From positions 4,704,001 through 4,768,000 of the forward strand of contig CM000154.2 of NCBI GenBank assembly GCA_000004695.1: a stretch of 64,000 bases of DNA, in the 5' to 3' direction. Each line of letters opens with the position of its first letter. Position 1 is the stretch's first letter. The DNA is from Dictyostelium discoideum. Its lineage: Eukaryota. Both the position numbers and the translations under genes were made by a program. Under the pieces are notes generated by a model. The model worked only from the letters and a program-made list of their open reading frames with translations. It was not told the origin of the DNA and searched no databases. Of this stretch, positions 61,953-64,000 are shown in pieces.

Positions 61953-62527
61953 ATTATAAAAAATAAAATAAAATAAAATAAAATAATTATTAAATAATTA
62001 TTAAATAATAATAATAATATTGGATTTTGGCTCAGCTCTTCATTTAATTCAAGAATTATTTTTTAAGATGAAAAAAAAAAAAAAAAAAAAATCTGTTTAA
62101 AAAATCTAACCCATAAATTTTTTTTTTTTTATTTTAAAATTTTTTTTTTTTTTTTTTTTTATTTTAAAATTTTTTTTTTTTTATTTTTTTTATAAAAAAA
62201 GTTTTATTTATTTTTAATTTTATTTTATTTTTTTATTTTTTTTTTTTAAAAAATTGAGAAAAAATAGCGTACAAAAAGAAAAAATTTTTTTTTTTAATTT
62301 CTTTTTTTTTTTTCACCACCACTTTAAAAAGGCACAAAAACAAATAAAATTTAAATTAAAATAAAACATAAAAATAAAATTTAAACAATAGTGTAATTAA
62401 TTAAAATATCGCTATTGTTGTTGATTTCTTTTCTATTTTAAAATATCGTGTTCTAAATTTATAATTTTTTTGTTGTATTTATAAGAACACTTTTTTTTTT
62501 CTTTTTTTAAAAAGCAAAACCAAAAAA

Positions 62528-62563
<36 letters not shown>

Positions 62564-63056
62564 ATCTATTTTAGTGTTCATTATTTATATATTTAATTGT
62601 GTGTGTTTTTTTAATAACAGTTTTTATAAATAAATAAAATTTTTAAAAATAAAAAAAAAAAAAAATAAATAAAATATAATCATATTTTTTTTTTTTCTTT
62701 TCTAAAAACTTTATAAAAACAATTTGTGTGTCATTTTTTTTTTCTTTATTTTTATATATACATATTAATATTTATTTGAAAAAACAAATTTAAAATAAAA
62801 AAAAAATTTATAATCCAATTTAATTTCAACCTATTTATGTAAAGATTAAATTTAATATTATTATTATTATTATTATTATTATTTTTAGAAAAAGAATATT
62901 AAATAATTAATAAATACTTTTTTTTTTTTTTTTTTAAATTGTTAATATAATTAAATTATGAATTAGTTAAGAAGTTTTTTTTTTTTTTTTTTTCCAAACC
63001 CCGAACCGAATCAATCCAATTTTTTTTTTAATAATTAATAATAATAATTAATAAAA

Positions 63057-64000
63057 TGTTATCAGCTGCTCCTAAACCAACTCCACAAAATAAAAAACAA
63101 TCATTTTATAATAAATTATGGTGTATGGTTTGTAGAATTCAAGATCCAGATATTATTGAAGATTATGCAAAAGGAGATTTAATTTGTAGAGGATGTGGTG
63201 TTGTTGTTGGTGATCGTATTGTAGATGAACATTCCGAATGGAGAACCTTTTCCAATAGTGAAAGTACAGGAGCCGATCCAAATCGTGTTGGTGGTCCAAT
63301 TAATCCTTTACTTCGTGATTCAGCATTGTCTACAACAGTTGGTAAGGGTTCAAAAGATTCAGGTACATTAACTCGTCTTCAAAATAAGAGTGCTTTGGGT
63401 ACTGGTGATCGTAATTTGTTAGCAGCTTTCAAAGAGATTGGTCGTATGGCCGATCATATGAACCTTCCACAAACAGTTCAAGATCGTGCCAATGAATTGT
63501 TTAGATTTATGGATGATAAGAAATCCACCAAAGGTAGATCTGTCGATGGTATGGTCGCCGCCGCTTTATATATAGCCTGTCGTCAAGAGCATCTCTCACG
63601 TACCTTTAAGGAGATTGCTGCGTTGACCAATGTTCCAAAGAAAGAGATTAGCAGATGTTATAAAATTATGAAAGAAACCTTTGCTAGTGTATTGAATCTT
63701 CAAACCATCTCCTCTGAAGATTTCACAAGTCGTTTCTGTTCAACTCTCAAATTACCAAATGACGTAAAGAAAGGCGCTGAACACGTCAGTAAAATGGCCA
63801 TGGATATGGGTATTGTTGCAGGTAAATCACCAATCTCTGTAACTGCTGCCTCAATCTATATGGTCTCTCAATTATCACCCGAGAAGAGAACTCAAAAACA
63901 AATCGCTGATGTTAGTGGTGTATCTGAGGTAACCATTAGAAATGCTTACAAAGATCTTTACGCTAAAAGAGATCAATTAATTCCTTCCGACTCTCCTTAT
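63057..64000 (+). CDS. gtf2b: Transcription initiation factor TFIIB (3' end runs off the window)
   Basis: N-terminal zinc ribbon CMVCRIQDPDIIEDYAKGDLICRGCGVVVGD. B-finger/linker. Two cyclin-fold repeats (..RAMNDAFKEIGRMADHMNLPQTVQDRANELFR..GRSVDGMVAAALYIACRQE.. ; ..SPISVTAASIYMVSQLS..). GC content and codon usage are richer than in neighbouring genes. Confidence 0.9.

Noticed and set aside
62096-62103. DUSE-like ACCCATAA octamers (62096-62103 plus strand, 5237-5244 minus strand), which could mark snRNA or Class-I ncRNA promoters
   Set aside because: No GC-rich or structured candidate RNA lies about 60 bp downstream of either site. Two hits in 128 kb of two-strand sequence are compatible with chance.

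Overview
The window reads as nuclear DNA from a Dictyostelium-type social amoeba, and I did not find a single coherent undescribed system in it; the closest candidates are two accessory-like loci noted at the end. The organism call rests on about 78% AT content, long (AAT)n, (CAA)n and (GAT/GAA)n tracts read as poly-Asn, poly-Gln and poly-Asp/Glu inside open reading frames, and short AT-rich introns with GTAAGT/GTATGT donors and AG acceptors. There are no prokaryotic operons, CRISPR arrays, tRNAs or rRNAs. I reconstructed about 25 protein-coding genes by hand from open frames, splice signals and phase bookkeeping. Splice coordinates are approximate to about 2 nt. Recognisable products: (1) a WD40 protein with an acidic tail (549-3141, minus). 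(2) Two TRAF-like RING/TRAF-zinc-finger proteins (6716-8193 and 16311-18491). (3) A secreted PAP2/vanadium-haloperoxidase-like enzyme (14494-16165). (4) A RhoGAP plus WD-repeat protein (18780-21032, minus). (5) A large RasGEF (25019-29692). (6) A four-member cluster of HssA/B-like small Gly/Cys-rich proteins (29.8-32.2 kb). (7) An RNA polymerase I RPA49/PAF53 homologue (33794-35261). (8) A mitochondrial carrier (36704-37678). (9) A multi-pass membrane protein (38302-39720). (10) SMC5 (41027-44606, minus). (11) A C3H1 plus RanBP2 plus MYND zinc-finger poly-Q protein (45875-50406, minus). (12) A PA14/Cys-rich psi-like secreted protein with micro-exons (57341-59636, minus). (13) ETF alpha (60545-61952). 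(14) A 3'-truncated TFIIB (63057-64000). The two loci worth a second look are a tandemly duplicated secreted-protein gene pair with a microsatellite-expanded tail (10-14 kb) and an odd GC-rich island at 39.8-40.7 kb with a perfect 18-bp inverted repeat and a tandemly repeated peptide-coding unit. Everything is inferred from the sequence alone; no database searches were run.
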